NCBI GenBank assembly: GCA_000708835.1
Contig: DF237286.1
Span: forward strand, 36,831 to 100,830
Direction: 5' to 3'
Length of the DNA: 64,000 bases
From: Klebsormidium nitens
Taxonomy: Eukaryota; Plantae; Klebsormidiophyceae
The notes beneath the pieces are model-generated. The model was not told the DNA's origin and did no database searches. It worked only from the letters and a program-made list of their open reading frames with translations. Shown here one piece after another: positions 11,652 to 25,521 of this stretch; position 1 is the stretch's first letter; every line of letters begins with the position of its first letter. Both the position numbers and the translations under genes were made by a program.

Positions 11652-14600
11652 CCGCATAACCAGCTAACAAGACAGGCTTCATTCAAGTATCTGTGAGTGT
11701 TGACCCAAGCGGGTTAGCCTTCTAACCACGCAAACAAGTCTGTGGATCAAGCTGTATGTTTTCGCCTTCTATTGATCAGGCGAGGGGCCCATTCCGCAAG
11801 GTTCACTGGCAAGGGCATGAAATTGAGTTTCACTTCCAAGCGGCGGGTCAGGTTGCAATCTGATTGAGTTATGTAGTGACTGGCGCTGTGTAATATAGTA
11901 TGTTGCAGATGATTCTTTATAGAGTTTTTCAGATCTTTACTCGTGTTGTACATGAAACGGTGGATTCGAGTGGTCCAACGAGCGCAAGATCAAGGTCAAG
12001 CCCGACTGAAGAGTGCAGAGAACCGGAAGGCGCTTTCTTTGGTCAAACGGATCTTCGTGCAAATGCTGTGAACGATCGGTTTTCCAAATAGTGCGCGGAT
12101 TGAAAAATACTCCTTCCACCGACCGTCATCAGAGCTTATCTGTCTAGATGGACTGAAAAAGAACGTGCTTTCTGACCGTCGATTGGAACTACTTTACAGG
12201 CCGAACGGCTCCAGATGTATGCGGCATGGGGTGTGCGGAGGTGGTCTACCGGAAGGCTCCGGCGGATCGTCTACAAGCTCATATGGTTGGACCCCGTACG
12301 GTAAGTCGGAGCTTTTACCCCCAGCAGGCCGGTTTTCAGTGGCCGGTTGCAGGTTGAATCTTCATAGTTGATTTAGTCTACGAAGGCCTCCCCACACTTG
12401 TCAGAAAGGAAACGAGATGTCATAGAAGTGTCTCGTTCACGTCTCTCCTCGTTACGGCTCAGATGCTCTGATTAGTTTGAGATGAAAGTTGATGAGCAAT
12501 TAGGTCAAACCTTGATAGCGTAGTTTCGTTGTTGCCGGTGGACGTTTTCGACCTTCAAGCGCGGCACACAAAGCGTAGCACGCGTCTGGAGACATGTGTG
12601 CGGTTTTCCTCACGGCATTTTACTCTCCTCCTCGGCGTTTCTTTCACCTACGAACTCGTGCCAGCTGTCTCCATCTCGTGAATCTCAGTAGTGCAAGTAT
12701 TGCTCTGGATTATGGATCAAGCAGATCTGAATATGGTCTCTCTGTTTCCGCAGGTGCGACCAGAGTGCAGATTTGACGATGCAGTTTCTGTAGGGGCACC
12801 AATAAGCTCGTCTTGGGTTTTAGTTGCTTAGTCATGATTATGCAGATCTAGGACTAACTTTGTTTGGCTTGCGCAAAGCAGGCTGCGAGCTTTTGAGATA
12901 TAAGGTACCTCGCCTTATCTACGTTGAGCTTTGACTTTCCTCGATACAAGCAAAGATTTGTTTTTCGTAGCAGGTTTTGTAGGGCGTTTGCTTCGGTCAC
13001 TGCTTGCGGTTTCGATAGTGATCTTGGTCGAATTTAGTGACAGCAATATTACAGGACCTTGTACTTCCGTGGATTGCTTTGCATTGGACAAGCTCAAATT
13101 TGTGTTATTTTAGCAATGAGTGGCCCAGCGATCATGGCAGTGTACTTGCAAGCAAGAGTGTTTCACCCCACGTGAATGCATGTGTCCCACTGACCTTAAC
13201 ACTAACCAACGTCATCGTCGAAATGCATGCTTTGAAGTCATTCCAATTAATGATATTGTTGTGCAACAGTGCCAGTGATCGAGTTGGGCGCCGCGGCATG
13301 CGCAGCGCATGCTTGATTAAGGCCCGTAAGTTTTCCAAGTTACTTATAATCGTTCTTATTGACACGACAAATGAAGTGACCATGCAAACGGCTTTGAGTC
13401 GAGAGACAAAGCACGTTTGGCGCTTCTCTCGTCCGAGATCCGTCTGAGATTCCTCCCATCTCAGTACAAGCCGGTGTCTCTCTGGTTGGACATGCATGAC
13501 CGATCGATCGATCATTCGGACAGTTGTGAACGAAGAAGACTAAAGCAAGGATTAAACAGAACCAAACATGTGTACATGTCCATGAATGGCGTCGATCCGC
13601 GACAATCATGTACTTGCGCATAGAACCTCGTGATATGATAGGTTGTGTCACTTAACAATGGCCGCCGGCTCCAGGAAGAACGCAAACAATAATGGCTGGC
13701 GGCCCATTGCAATAATCACTTGATTCCTCGATTGCTGTCGGACATCATACGTACAATGTGAACAATGATATGCAGAGATTGAGGGATTGAATTGGTGGCC
13801 GCAGTACATATAAACCACTTGCCGATCAGATATCAAGCAAAGTTCTTACTCAAGCGTCAGTGTCAGCTTTTGTGTGCCCTTCGAAGTAGCTGCACTCAGT
13901 CGAGAATCCACATTTGATATCTGTAACACACGGATAGTCGCAGATTCTGAAGACCTTCTAGAAGAGCTGTTCAATCCTCGGCCCGTATGTTATCTGGTTA
14001 TCACCGCGTTTCTTCACTCTTAAACTTGGTCTCGCAATGCTGGGAACTTTCGAGAGTTGCAAGCGTTCCTCCTTACGGGTCACGCGTTGTTAAATCCTCA
14101 AAACCATTCGCCTTGGATCCAGCTCAAGCTGCTCCCGGCAACCGTTCGTTTGAGATCCCACCGCCTTTATGTTCTGAGCGTTTGTTCTCTACGTTGAGCC
14201 GTTCAATTTGACTTCCCATCCGACTTCTGCCATTTTCACTCTTCCGAAGTTCGGATATGTGCTGCTTCTCGCAATACAGTTCCATACAAAGATATCGGCC
14301 CATCGGACTGTAGTACCATGCTGGATCGAAGTCCGGTGGTACATTTTGCAATATAAGCCCAAGTCTGCCGCATAACGTCTCGAAACAATATTAATAGTGG
14401 AAATACTTGAGTAGAGTCGACTCGGCGCTGCATCCTGAAGTCATGCGGCCGGGTACGGTTCGGACGCACATTTTTGCCTCAGTAAATTCGGTGCAATCGC
14501 TTGGGTTGCATTGTGAACGACGTACGGCAGAAGGCCGAGAGACTGCAGCAAGCTTGGGGTTCCAGAATCATGCATTAAGCGTGAGGTCAGTGCATCTACT

Positions 14601-15129
14601 GTGGTCTATGCCAAAAAAGAGCGGCTCTTCCTAGAGAACTCAAACGAGCCCACGAGCAATCAGCATTTGGTTGAGTGGTTGATCCGAACTGTGTCCGTAA
14701 TGGTCTGGCCCCGGTCTGGCGCTGGTTGCACGGAGGCATGTGGGAGGCATCCCGTCATTATCAATCCGGTCAGTACTTCAGTTCAACTAGTAGGGGGATG
14801 CTAGTTGCAAGTCAGTGACTGCCTTACATGGCTATATGCTGATGATCGTCTTTCCGTACGTGAGGTAAGCCGGAGGAGGTAATATAAGAAGCATCTGCGA
14901 CTGGGGTGCTATATTCCATAGCCCTAAAAGTTTTCATTGACGTCAAGCCCGCACGCTAGCCTGACGTAAGCGTTAGTGCCGTTCTGGCGGCCAGCCTGCC
15001 GCCCCCGGGCGGCCCGGACTCGAAGCGGGCCCAGGCCCGCAGGCAACTTGAAACTTGAACGGTTGGCCGCGGCCCCGCGGCTTGGGACGCGCACAGAGAA
15101 GTCCGACTGGTACCTAGCGACTACCGAGG

Positions 15130-15410
15130 CCCGCGTATTCAGCCGACAGCTCATACCACGTGGAACACATGAGACGCATGGCAAGGCGACCAATTACTGC
15201 TCCTCTTGACGCGTGCCACATGCTGGATGTCGACATATAAAGGAGTGCATCATGATCCAATAAATTGACCCAGTACGGGATGTCGACAGAACGGAGCAAA
15301 TGAGAGGAGCAACTACGTAACAAGACGTCAGGACCTTGAATGGGGCAATCTGATTGGTTCCGGGTCTCGTCAGACATTCTTGGCAAGCGGGACGCGGCGT
15401 CGGAAAGGTT
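15130..15410 (+). promoter_or_regulatory. Conserved upstream non-coding blocks of symporter copy 1 (G-box CCACGTGG at 15156-15163, reverse CCAAT, GC block)
   Basis: Blocks accacgtggaacacatga, tacgtaacaa-acgtcag, tggggca-tctgattgg and caagcgggacgcggcgtc recur in the same order upstream of copy 2. Regulatory role is inferred. Confidence 0.55.
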
Positions 15411-16209
15411 GAGGCGGGGCGCTTCAGATATCACGGTAACCGTTTATCACCTATCTAGCATATGTACCTAAACGGATAGTAGGTAGGTATAGGTATATCA
15501 GAATAGTACTCGGGCTGAGCTGCTGCCGCCGTTTTGGGCTCAGCCAGCAGCCTGCCCGTGCGGGTGCAAGCTCAGGCATGATCCGGCCATGCTTCTGATC
15601 CTACAAAGCTTTGATGTACTGGTAGTTGCAGGGGTAAGAAATATACAAAATCTGTTCCACTGCGATTCACAAGGAGCTCGAATTTATGGGTACGCTTTGA
15701 CTACCTACCGTACATGCTACAGCCAAACAATAGAGGGTGACGTAGCGGCTGCTGATGCTTGATCGTCAGTGCTAGGATACCGTAGGCATGCATAACGTCG
15801 ACATGGAACTGCAGCATTGGACGGCGGGGCAGCAGGGACGCTTAAATACAGTTGCTGGCAACAACTGAACACCACCATCAAGGAGCTCAGGATTGCGCAG
15901 TAGTCTTCTAGCTGGTTACGTAACAACCAGCTGTACTTAGTAGTTCTGCCCCAAAATCCCAGATTATAGCTCAGCAAGCAAACGGTGAGAGCCAGTACTC
16001 CCAGCTCATCGGACTAGATTCCCATTCAGAATTCAATCCAAGGTCTCATTGCTAGCAGTGACAAAAAAAACGTCGTCTTCAAATTTTTGCATTAGATCAT
16101 TCACAATCGGCTGTTGCACAGCATCCATCGGTCGCCTGAGCTAGCCAAGGGCTGGTGAGCTTTTTCGAGCCGCGCCAGGCTAGCGTATCTGTACTTTTGG
16201 CCCAGGAAT

Positions 16210-19200
16210 ATGGCGCCACTGGGGCCGGAGAAACACGATTTTCCAGGTAAGAAACATACCTTGAAGGCAGCCCTGTCTTAGACTGCACTAGTAATTTCTT
16301 CTGTCCTGCTGTGGGGATCTTGGAAAAACTAGAATTGTTTCTGCTGCCCTCTCGTTGGAAAGTTGATGCTTGCTCTTTCATGGCAATGATTTTGCAATTG
16401 GAGGTGCAGCGCACGCGTAAAGGATTGCTTATTGACGAATTGTACTTCAACAAATGGTTTGGTTAAGTCCTCCCATGATGAGATCGAAAGGTATTACGCA
16501 CAAGGCTCTTGGAGCAGCTTGTGAAGATCCCGAGAAACTTTAGAGTCTACGTCAATTTCAAGAGATCAGGAAATTTTCAAAATATCCCAGCTCTACTTGT
16601 GGTACTGGATTCCACCACCAGCGGGTTGCCCAGCTCCTTTGGAAATTGGATAGAGCTGTAGAATGTGGCCAAGCAAAAAGTCTATCTTACCGCTTGTATC
16701 CTAAGCTCATGTTGTGATGCCTGAGGGTTTCAGTATGCCTTTCAATCACTGGCCAGAAGTTGCCTCATTCCCCCCCAGTTTTTGACACGACCAACGCCAA
16801 GAATGCGGTGGAGCGGCTGGACCTCACGGGAAAGCGCCGCAGATATGGGCCCAGGACAAAGAAGTGGATGGCGTTTAAGAAGAAGCTGGGTCGCAAGGAG
16901 AACCTCATCTTCTTCACCATCGCTGGGGTCTCCGGTGGGATTGCCATTGGAGCCGGGCTGTACACCTCCAAGCCAAGCCCAAGGGCGATTGAACTGATTG
17001 GTGAGAAACAGTCTGGGTTTGATTGTGATATGTCTAAGACTTGCCTTTCCAGAATATCCAATTGCTGCCCCCCTCTCGAGGGAATTCACTTGGAGTCCTT
17101 TTTCCAGTGGCTTTCTTATTAGCCACTCCAATTTGTGTTGCTGCAGTAAAATTGAATCTGCGCTGACATACTACAATTGGATGATTGACAGTGAGTAGTT
17201 TGTGATAAGGACCTGAGTGCCTTTCTGTCTGCAAACTTCATGAAGCTGCCCAACTGCAAAATCTGCCCCAGGCCATGAATTAGCCTACAAAACTTTGGAA
17301 GAGTGATCTCCGAGGCCTGATTGAAAGAAACCAGAGCGGTACCTTGCCTATGCTAGCTTTATCTGATTCAGCGAGCTCAACCAAAGTATAACCAAAGCAA
17401 CACATATAGAGAGACGTCATAAGCCCTCTCACTTTACGTGTTTCCGCACTCTGGCATCTCACGGCATGCTTCTCTTTCCATTTCCTCAGGGTACCCGGGA
17501 GAACTGTTTCTGAACGGGCTGTCGGAGCTTGTGCTTCCTCTGGTAGCCTTGGCGCTGATGTGTGGTGTGATGAGCCTGCGGCACACAACAAGCGGGTGAG
17601 GGCCCCTGTGATGCTGAGAAGTCAGTACTTGACATCCATGCACGGAAGCAGCTCAACCCAGCACTAATACGAAAGAGATTTTGAGGCTGGATCAAAGATT
17701 TAGGTGAATGACTCTTTTGACCGAATCCTGCTCAAGGAACTGTAGACCTCCCTTAGACCAGCGGAAGAGTTGCAGATATCCCATCCGAGCTTCTCCTGTC
17801 AGTTTCCATTGATTCATCTCATCTTCCCGCATCCTTGCAGGGCTGCAAACATTGCCACGTGGTCAATGATGTACTATTTCACGTCCATGTTTCTCGCAGT
17901 TAGCCTTGGTAAGCCTCTCGTCTCTTCCCTGTTTCTTCCTTTGCCTCATATTGAAGATGGCTATGCTCTCGCGGGATCCCTGGAGTACCTGAAGCCTCAG
18001 TGGGGGGACCTGCTGTTGCAACTTTCATCGAGGAATAGACTACAGCAGAATCCTTTCCCTGTCGCCTGCATGCAGTCGTTTCTTCTTTGTTCACTTAGAG
18101 GCTCGACAACCGTGGCAGACTTATGTGGTACGCTCCTTCAAGTAGGCGCTTTTTCGAATGTTGTCATTCTGTGAGTAAAAACAAACCCTTTGATAATCAG
18201 ACTCATTGTGCTGAATGCGCTGAAGTTCTTTATGGTTCCTTCGTCCTGTACGAGAGTTGACCCGCATCTGCTCTCCCTCAACAGGTATCGGGCTCGTCTA
18301 TGCAATCCAGCCTGGAGCCAACGAACCTTTTGGCAACGGGGATTTGACTCAGTGTGGCAAGGCCAGAAACTCTACAGTTACTAACTCAGTGTGAGTTCTC
18401 AGCAAATCTTTCTGTATACGTACTCTTAGCAGAATCTTCTCTTCATTTCTGGTCAGGCTTTGCTTCTGGAGCGGATGATCATGATCAGCACCAATCGACA
18501 GAAAAATGCTGCAGAAGTTCTGAGTCGGATTACCTCGGCAAACAAAGCTACAGATAGCTTGACTTTCACTTCTTGTCAAGCTTTGCTTCAATTGAACCGA
18601 GGGGTTCCAGGTCCAGCATACAATGAAGACATCGATACCACCGTCTTTCCAGCTTGTAATTGTCAATGTCCTTATATCTCAAAAGGGCATGCTGCTGACC
18701 CATAAACCTAGCACGATTGACTAAACCAGAACATGTGATCTTGGCCCCTTTCCTACTGCCCCTGCTTCCTTGACTCAAGCTACAAGACTATTTGGACATG
18801 ATGAAGCAAGCTCATGATTCTCACCTATGATTTTCTCCAGGGGAAACTCTGCTGGTGATGCCGTGGCGTCGCTACTGGGCCTTGGGAGGAGCATGGTCCC
18901 CAGCAACATCGTAAGCTTCTGGACACAATCCAATCATTGCACTGGCACGTCCTCGTAACGCTTTTGGTCTCTTTGGCAAGCACACCGTCCTTCTTTGAAG
19001 GCATTTGGCAGCCACCTTCTCTTCCGTTCAATTCCTACCTTCTCTTCCGTTCAATCCAGTTCTGCACGTCATTCCTCTTGCTGACCTGAAACTCCGTCAG
19101 AACATCTGCTTGAGCAGACGCTTTAGTTCTTCCTTCTTCTTGGATTCAGGTTGTGGCAGCTTATCAGAACAACTATCTTGGTAAGTGATCAGCATTCAAT

Positions 19201-22200
19201 ACAGCTCTAGCTGCCGTAGGGCACTCGAAGCCCCGATCTCAGGAAGATTGCAAATGATGTGGTTTGCAAAGCCTGAGCTCCTTCTGGAAACCCCATCTTG
19301 CAAATCAATGTCGGACAGCGCGGCTTTGCAAAGCAGCCTGTGTGCACCAGACCTGAACAAACTTCGGAGATCTCTGACGTGCGTCTCTTTTCAGTAGCTA
19401 GTCACGATCGACAAGGTCTCAAAGCTTGAGCCAAAAAGAAGAAACTTTTTCGAAAACCATTCGGCCCCTCCGTTTTCAAGCGGCGTACCTTGCTGATTGC
19501 ACGAAGTCGGCAATCCGAATCAGCAAAGCGTTCTATACGTCTCAAAGAGAGCAATTTCATCCCTCAAAGCTGGAAGATATATACTTTTCTCCTGACAGAA
19601 GCTCACGAATGTGTTGCAGGAGTCATGGTGTTCTCCATCTTCTTTGGGGCTATCCTCATTACCTTGGGTAAGAGGTATACCACTGACGGCTTAGCACGCC
19701 GCCAGGCTTACCTATAGCTGGCAAACTTCTTTTCTTCCGACTTGTACGATCTATGACGCCTCGTCTTACCTCAGTAAGCGGGAATCAGAAGCGTCCGTTT
19801 CACAGTAAGAAAGGCTCGAAGCGTGCCTCTAGGACTCGAATGCATTTCCACAGGCGTTCAAGGTTGTATGGCACATCTGAAAGCACATTGTTACAAAGCG
19901 AACCCTTGTTCTTACATGTTGGTATCATCGTAAGCGACAGGGTTGGACTGGACTGTACTTCATCTGGTCTCTTGCCGCGTTTACTGACATCTCGCCGGAT
20001 CTCGTTCGACAAGAAGCCAGTCCGATTACCGATCTGATTGGATTCGAGACAAGCACAGATTGCCTGAACCAACTTTGATCGTCTCAACATGCAGTTTTCC
20101 CATTTGGTTGGTTCAAGCTTCTCAGCTTCTTGTGCGCGTAACCGATTCCAACTTTTTGTACAAACATGCGCGTGCTACAGGTCCAATGGCCGAGCCCCTG
20201 ATCAAGGTGATCGAGCTAGCAAACGACACGATTATGGGTATGATCACGCTCATCATCTGGCTGACGCCAATTGGCGTGGGCTCATTGGTCGCGGGCTTCA
20301 TCCTCAAGGCGTGCAACATCACGGCCGTTCTCAAGGCCCTGGCCAAGTACGTCGCGACGGTCTTGTCAGGTAAGAACCATTGGGTGGAAATCTTGGTATG
20401 CTGTACAAGCTTGTACTGCCTTTCCAGATCATTTCCTCTTCGATGGAGCAGTACGCAGCAGGGTAGTACGGCAAACCCACAAATGAAGTCAATAAGGCAG
20501 CGCTTTGCAGGAGCTGAGAATCTGCTCATTTGAATGCTCGAGGAGATCAGCGTCCGTTCAGCTTTCAGAAATACTTCGTTTCTACACCTCACTTTCGTCC
20601 AGTCATGCATGTGCTTCTTTCAATTCATGCCTTGAATTCCAACATCAACGCGCATGTTGTTCCGCAGGGTTTGGGATTCACATGTTTGTACTCCTGCCGC
20701 TGACCTGCATAGGCTTCTCTGGGATCAATCCCATCAGAGTCTTCAAGTAAGTCTTAGTTGCATCACCTTAAAGCACCTCCAGTAGAGTCTCCAAACGGTC
20801 GTGGAAGCCCTTTTCTCATTGGCTTGCTTCCTGCTGTTGCTGCGCCAGAGCCAGTCACCTCTCACATCAGGCAATTTGGTTTCGGTCCCTGCTTATATGT
20901 GAGCATCTTTTTGTCATCAGTCCTCAGGTGATCAGGAACGCTTCTCCCCGGATGTGTCGCCCACTGAGCTTCCATTCGAAAGACTTTTGGTCGGAATAGG
21001 AGAAAGCTTGTAGTTCCGACCTTGTTCCGAATGCACTTGGAACTTCTTTTTGTTCGTCTATTTTGAGCGATGCAAAGCATAGATCGGAAAACGCTGCTCT
21101 TTGGTTGCGCTAAACCCTGCTTCTTTCCATTGCGTTACCTGCTCAGTCTGTACAGTGTTTTTTGCTGCAGCCACGCAACAAGTGATTACTTCTACTTGCA
21201 CATCAACTCAGTTCCGGCCAATTCAAACCTCTCAGAAAATGGTACGTGATAGCAAAATCTCCGTCTAATTGGAAAAGTCAACCAAACCAGACGTACCAAG
21301 AACCGGATCTGACCAGCTTTACCCACCTTTATTTGCAGGGCTTTCAGCCCGGCGCTTTTTCTCGGATTTGGAACAGCTTCGAGCGCGGCCACGATGCCCG
21401 TCACCATGCAGAACGCGGAGGACTTCGGGGCGGAGTCCAGCATCGTCAAGTTCGTCGTCCCGCTGGGTACCAACTTCAACAGGCAAGGCTGTTCGATTCG
21501 ACTTCCCAATGAAGTCGAGAACGCTCTGACTCGTTTATTTCTACGTAGTTGGGAAACTTTTGCCCGCAGAAAATACCTTGCTCGCAAAACTCTGACAGGT
21601 ACGACAAAGCGATAAGCTGCCAGCGGAGCTGTGCGGTTCGTTTCACCACTCAAGCGGACGCAGACGCGGTCACTCTCTTCTGGTGCTGTGCTGATTCACA
21701 ACAAGGAGGTTGCTGCCTGTTAATCTTTGAACGCCTGGAATACTAGTGTAGGAATCTTAGAACCGAGCTGAAGTGGCGGGGTAAGAACCGCGCGCAGTTC
21801 TTTATCGTAAAACGCGTTCTCAAGTACTGCCTTTACTGAGACAGTATCTTTTCAATTTGGTGCAGAGACGGTGCAGCTCTCTATGAGGCCACTTCCGCTC
21901 TCTTCATCGCTCAGGTGAGTAAGCAGTTTTGTTCCTCATTTCCACTACTTTTAAGCGCGATTCCTTGCAGAAGACGTTATGGACGCCTTTGGACTCAACC
22001 TTGACGGACGGCACGCTTGATTATCCAAAGCATCAGTCCACTTGTTTGGCTTTCGTATTCTTTGCGTCGTTTAGCACCGCGTCAGGCACAGCCGGACTAC
22101 GAAATAACGTAGGCTCAGGGACTTTCGTGGTGGCAAACACACTCCTCCGTCCTCAGGTGAATCTTACAGTTTGAAAGGAAAGTGCAAGTGTACACAAGCC

Positions 22201-24417
22201 TTTCTGATGTATGAGTTTCCGGTCCTGCCGTGAATAGGAAGTGACACAGCAAGTGGACCCTTTGGCGGACTCGTTTCAAGGTCTTTCAAACTGAAATGTT
22301 TCTTCAGCTTTCGTTCGCTTCCCCAAACGTTCCGATCCATCAGAAGTGACCGATGAGTATTCTAGCAGACGTCTGGCCGCGCTTCTTTCGAAACGAAGGG
22401 CTCAAAGGGAGCCAGATCCGGGTTCAGTCGACGGCTTCTAAAGGGCGGATCCTGGTTCACTGGAGGGCCTGTTGAGAAGTCAAAATTCCTCAGATAGCTG
22501 CTCCAGAGTCCTTTGGGACCTCCTTCGGGGGCCCCGCAAGATAGCAAAAAAAGTATTCAAGACGCGAAAATTGGAGAGCCGCTTCAAGGTTTCTCAAGCT
22601 TCGATTGTCTTCGTGTAGGCTCACGGCGTCAAGCTGAGCGTGGGTAACGTCATCGTTCTGGCGATCACCGCTACTCTAGCGGCTATCGGATCGTAAGTGC
22701 GACATCCAGATTGGTTGTGGTTTCGGCATCTTCAACTTTGATGAGCCGCGCACGGAGACTAGTGCTTTGAAATGGGCGCTCCAGCTCTTGAAGTTGAAAC
22801 GGCTTATGGGAACCCTGGTATCTCCAAGTGCTTCCTTGAAGGAGGCGGAAAGATCATAGCAAGTGAGAAGGGTTGTCGCTTACCCTTCTCGTCACAAAAC
22901 GCCTGCGAGCGGGACCGTAAGAAAGCGGGTTCCAGATCACAAGGCCATAAGTCGATCAGATGTTTTGGAGTGTCGTTGGAGAATTGTCTGACGAATTTTG
23001 CTGTTCCCCCTCGAAAGCTAAAGCCATGGATCTGGGCTTACGGACACTTCGCACCCCGGTAGAGAACGATGCTTTTGTGACAATAAGTACACACGTAAAC
23101 TCAGAAGCCTACACTTCCTTTGCTGCGTATTATGTAGCTTCTGAAGCCAGCTACGACCTCGGCATGACGAAAACCGACTGACCGCATATCGCTCGTTGTT
23201 CTGCAGCGCCTCCATCCCAAACAGCGCCATCGTGACGTTGATCACCGTGCTCCGGGTGAGTGAATTCATGCGCCCGCGGCTTTCTTCTTTGGACAATCGC
23301 AGACACTTCTCGAGGAGAAGAGTACCGATGTCAGGACTTGCGGACAAGACTCTCTCTCGGGAACTATTCTCTCACTGTGGGTTCTGGTCTCATGTCGCTC
23401 TAAGGTCAGTCGGTGCAGAGCCGTCCAGTGGGCGGACCGGAGACTTCATTTAGTGCTCTGTTCTCGGACCGAGGCTCCTTCATACCGTTTGTCTTGGTCT
23501 AGCCTCTTCCGGAAGTATGATCAAGGAGTGCATGGGGTAAAGCCCCTTTGGCTTGGGGACAATATGGTCGGGACAAACAAAACCAGTCATGGGCTGCGAA
23601 AACTTCCTCTCTCTCATACCGGCTGTTCCAATTCCATCCCGAATCGGATTGTCAGTGTTGACCGATTGTCAAAGGGTTCTAACCTTTGAACCTTTGACAC
23701 AAATCTGAATGGACTTTCTCTCCGTGACACAGGCTGTTGGTCTGAGCGAGTACGTCGGAGACATCTCGGTCCTCATTGCCGTGGACTGGTTCCTGGGAAT
23801 GGTCAGGACGGTAGTCAACATCTTCGGTGAGTCTTTTCTTTGACTGCAACGAGGAGGACTCTGACTCACCGTTTTCAGAAAGTTCGGTGCTCATGTTTGG
23901 CAGGTTCTGCGCATCTTTGGGATTGACGACGCTTACCGCATATTTCCAACCACGCTCCTGCATGTCGTTTCTTCTCAAGCTAGAAGATTCTCCAGAAATT
24001 ATCTGGCCGTACAGGGTGTCCTGATCCGTGTGTGCAGTAAGGCGCTAGTCCGGGCAGCTGGCCCGTTATGATGGTTGTCTCTCCTCAGCCTACAGAAGCT
24101 TATCCGCTTTGGGTGTTGCGACCGGCTTAAGCAATCAACTGCCTCCAAACTGGCCTTTGCTTATCCGAACAGCTGGCCTGTTACGATGGACCTTTCGTCA
24201 CCTGGCGGCGCAAGCCCATCTCGTTCTGTTAGAAGATAGTTGGAAACGCTGACCACGAATTGCTGAAAGCATAGAGCGCTCGTTTGCAGGTGATGCCTGC
24301 GCTGCCGTTATCGTGGACAACTGGTCGAGGCGCCATGAGGCGTGGAAGATCAAGAACGCGGACAAGCTGTACGAAACGGATTCGGACGTCGAGGACGGGC
24401 CTCCTAACGACAAATAG
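16210..24417 (+). CDS. Dicarboxylate/amino acid:cation symporter (DAACS/SDF, SLC1/GltPh-like), copy 1, 16 exons
   Basis: Exons 16210-16246, 16779-17000, 17490-17595, 17841-17908, 18285-18390, 18841-18910, 19150-19180, 19620-19667, 20181-20369, 20668-20746, 21339-21482, 21866-21914, 22619-22692, 23207-23255, 23733-23826, 24290-24417. Family motifs: YPGELFLNGLSELVLPL, WLTPIGVGSL, HP1 GTASSAATMPVT, TM7 PLGTNFNRDGAALYE, HP2 AIGSASIPNSA, TM8 AVDWFLGMVRTVVNIFGDA. Confidence 0.95.
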
Positions 24418-25521
24418 AGACTTGATTCTAATGAATGAGAATGTGTACTACGAACGGGGTTTACTTCTGACGTCGATGCAAGTTTGATAATTTTAGATGC
24501 CGCTAGGATGTCACAGCGGCTGCAACCTACTTCTTCGAAAGAAGACGCGTGTGTTAAGGTGTTGCCACTACGAAGGGCGGAGTTGGCAGCATAAGTGGAT
24601 GAACGGTTAGCGCACCCGCTATGTCATAGTTTCCCATGAATACAGGGATAGGTTTTGGCGCTCAATCCCTCCAGAAGTATATGTTGTTTCTTACTATATT
24701 CCTGGTCCGATAGCAGCGTGAACAGCTCACTTCTCCAACTTCCGTTGAGAAGGCTGTATACGCAGTCCTCGTGGAGGAAATGCAGGTGCAATGGAAGTAT
24801 CTGGGAAGCGTAGTGTAGAGTCTGGAATATCATCAATATTATTCACGTAGGTTAGATTGCCACCTGGAATTAGTTGAACTGAGTACAAGTGAGTGCATGG
24901 TCAAACCGCATCAGTAGTTGAGGAAGCTTAGAACAGCGAAGTATTCCAGGTAATCGTACTTTGAATAGCTCATAGCTCTTGCAGCCTACTAGGGGTCGTG
25001 CGCCTCCATTGATGTTATTGTTTTACTGTTTTGACGCAGTGCATGATGAGACCGCTCATGGGGACGTCAATTCAGAAAGGTAGACCAAAACTGACCGTGG
25101 TTTGCGGCATTCCTATAAGGCCGGTGGATGATGGATTTCAAGATGCATCAAGCGTAAGGTCTCGCCAAGTTGAGAGCGAGTTTTTGCAGTAGTCGAACGT
25201 CGACAGCCTCTGCATCTCAAGATAACCGACTACGCCCGTGATGATCCCGTGATGCACTTCAACTGGCATCGCTCCTCAGAAGGTTGCACATATTCTCAGA
25301 ACCAATGCAAACGTGACACCGGCTGCATTTCGATCCTTCTTGACGAGTCACGACTACTGCTACTGTTTAATTATCGAAATGTTATTGCGGCTATAGCCTG
25401 ACTCAGCAGCTCGCTGGAAGGACGCGGCCGGCGCCGTGCCGTGCCCTCAGAGTCAGTCTTTATCATTCAGATCGGTCATCGGACGACCCACAGGCTAGGG
25501 GCCAGCGCCTGTGACGCTGGC

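Noticed and set aside
12900-14450. Possible tyrosine-recombinase (Crypton/DIRS-like) relic on the minus strand (GTHAFTWG...LGHS)
   Set aside because: The catalytic Arg is missing, the H-to-LGH spacing is short and there are multiple stops; the resemblance could be chance.
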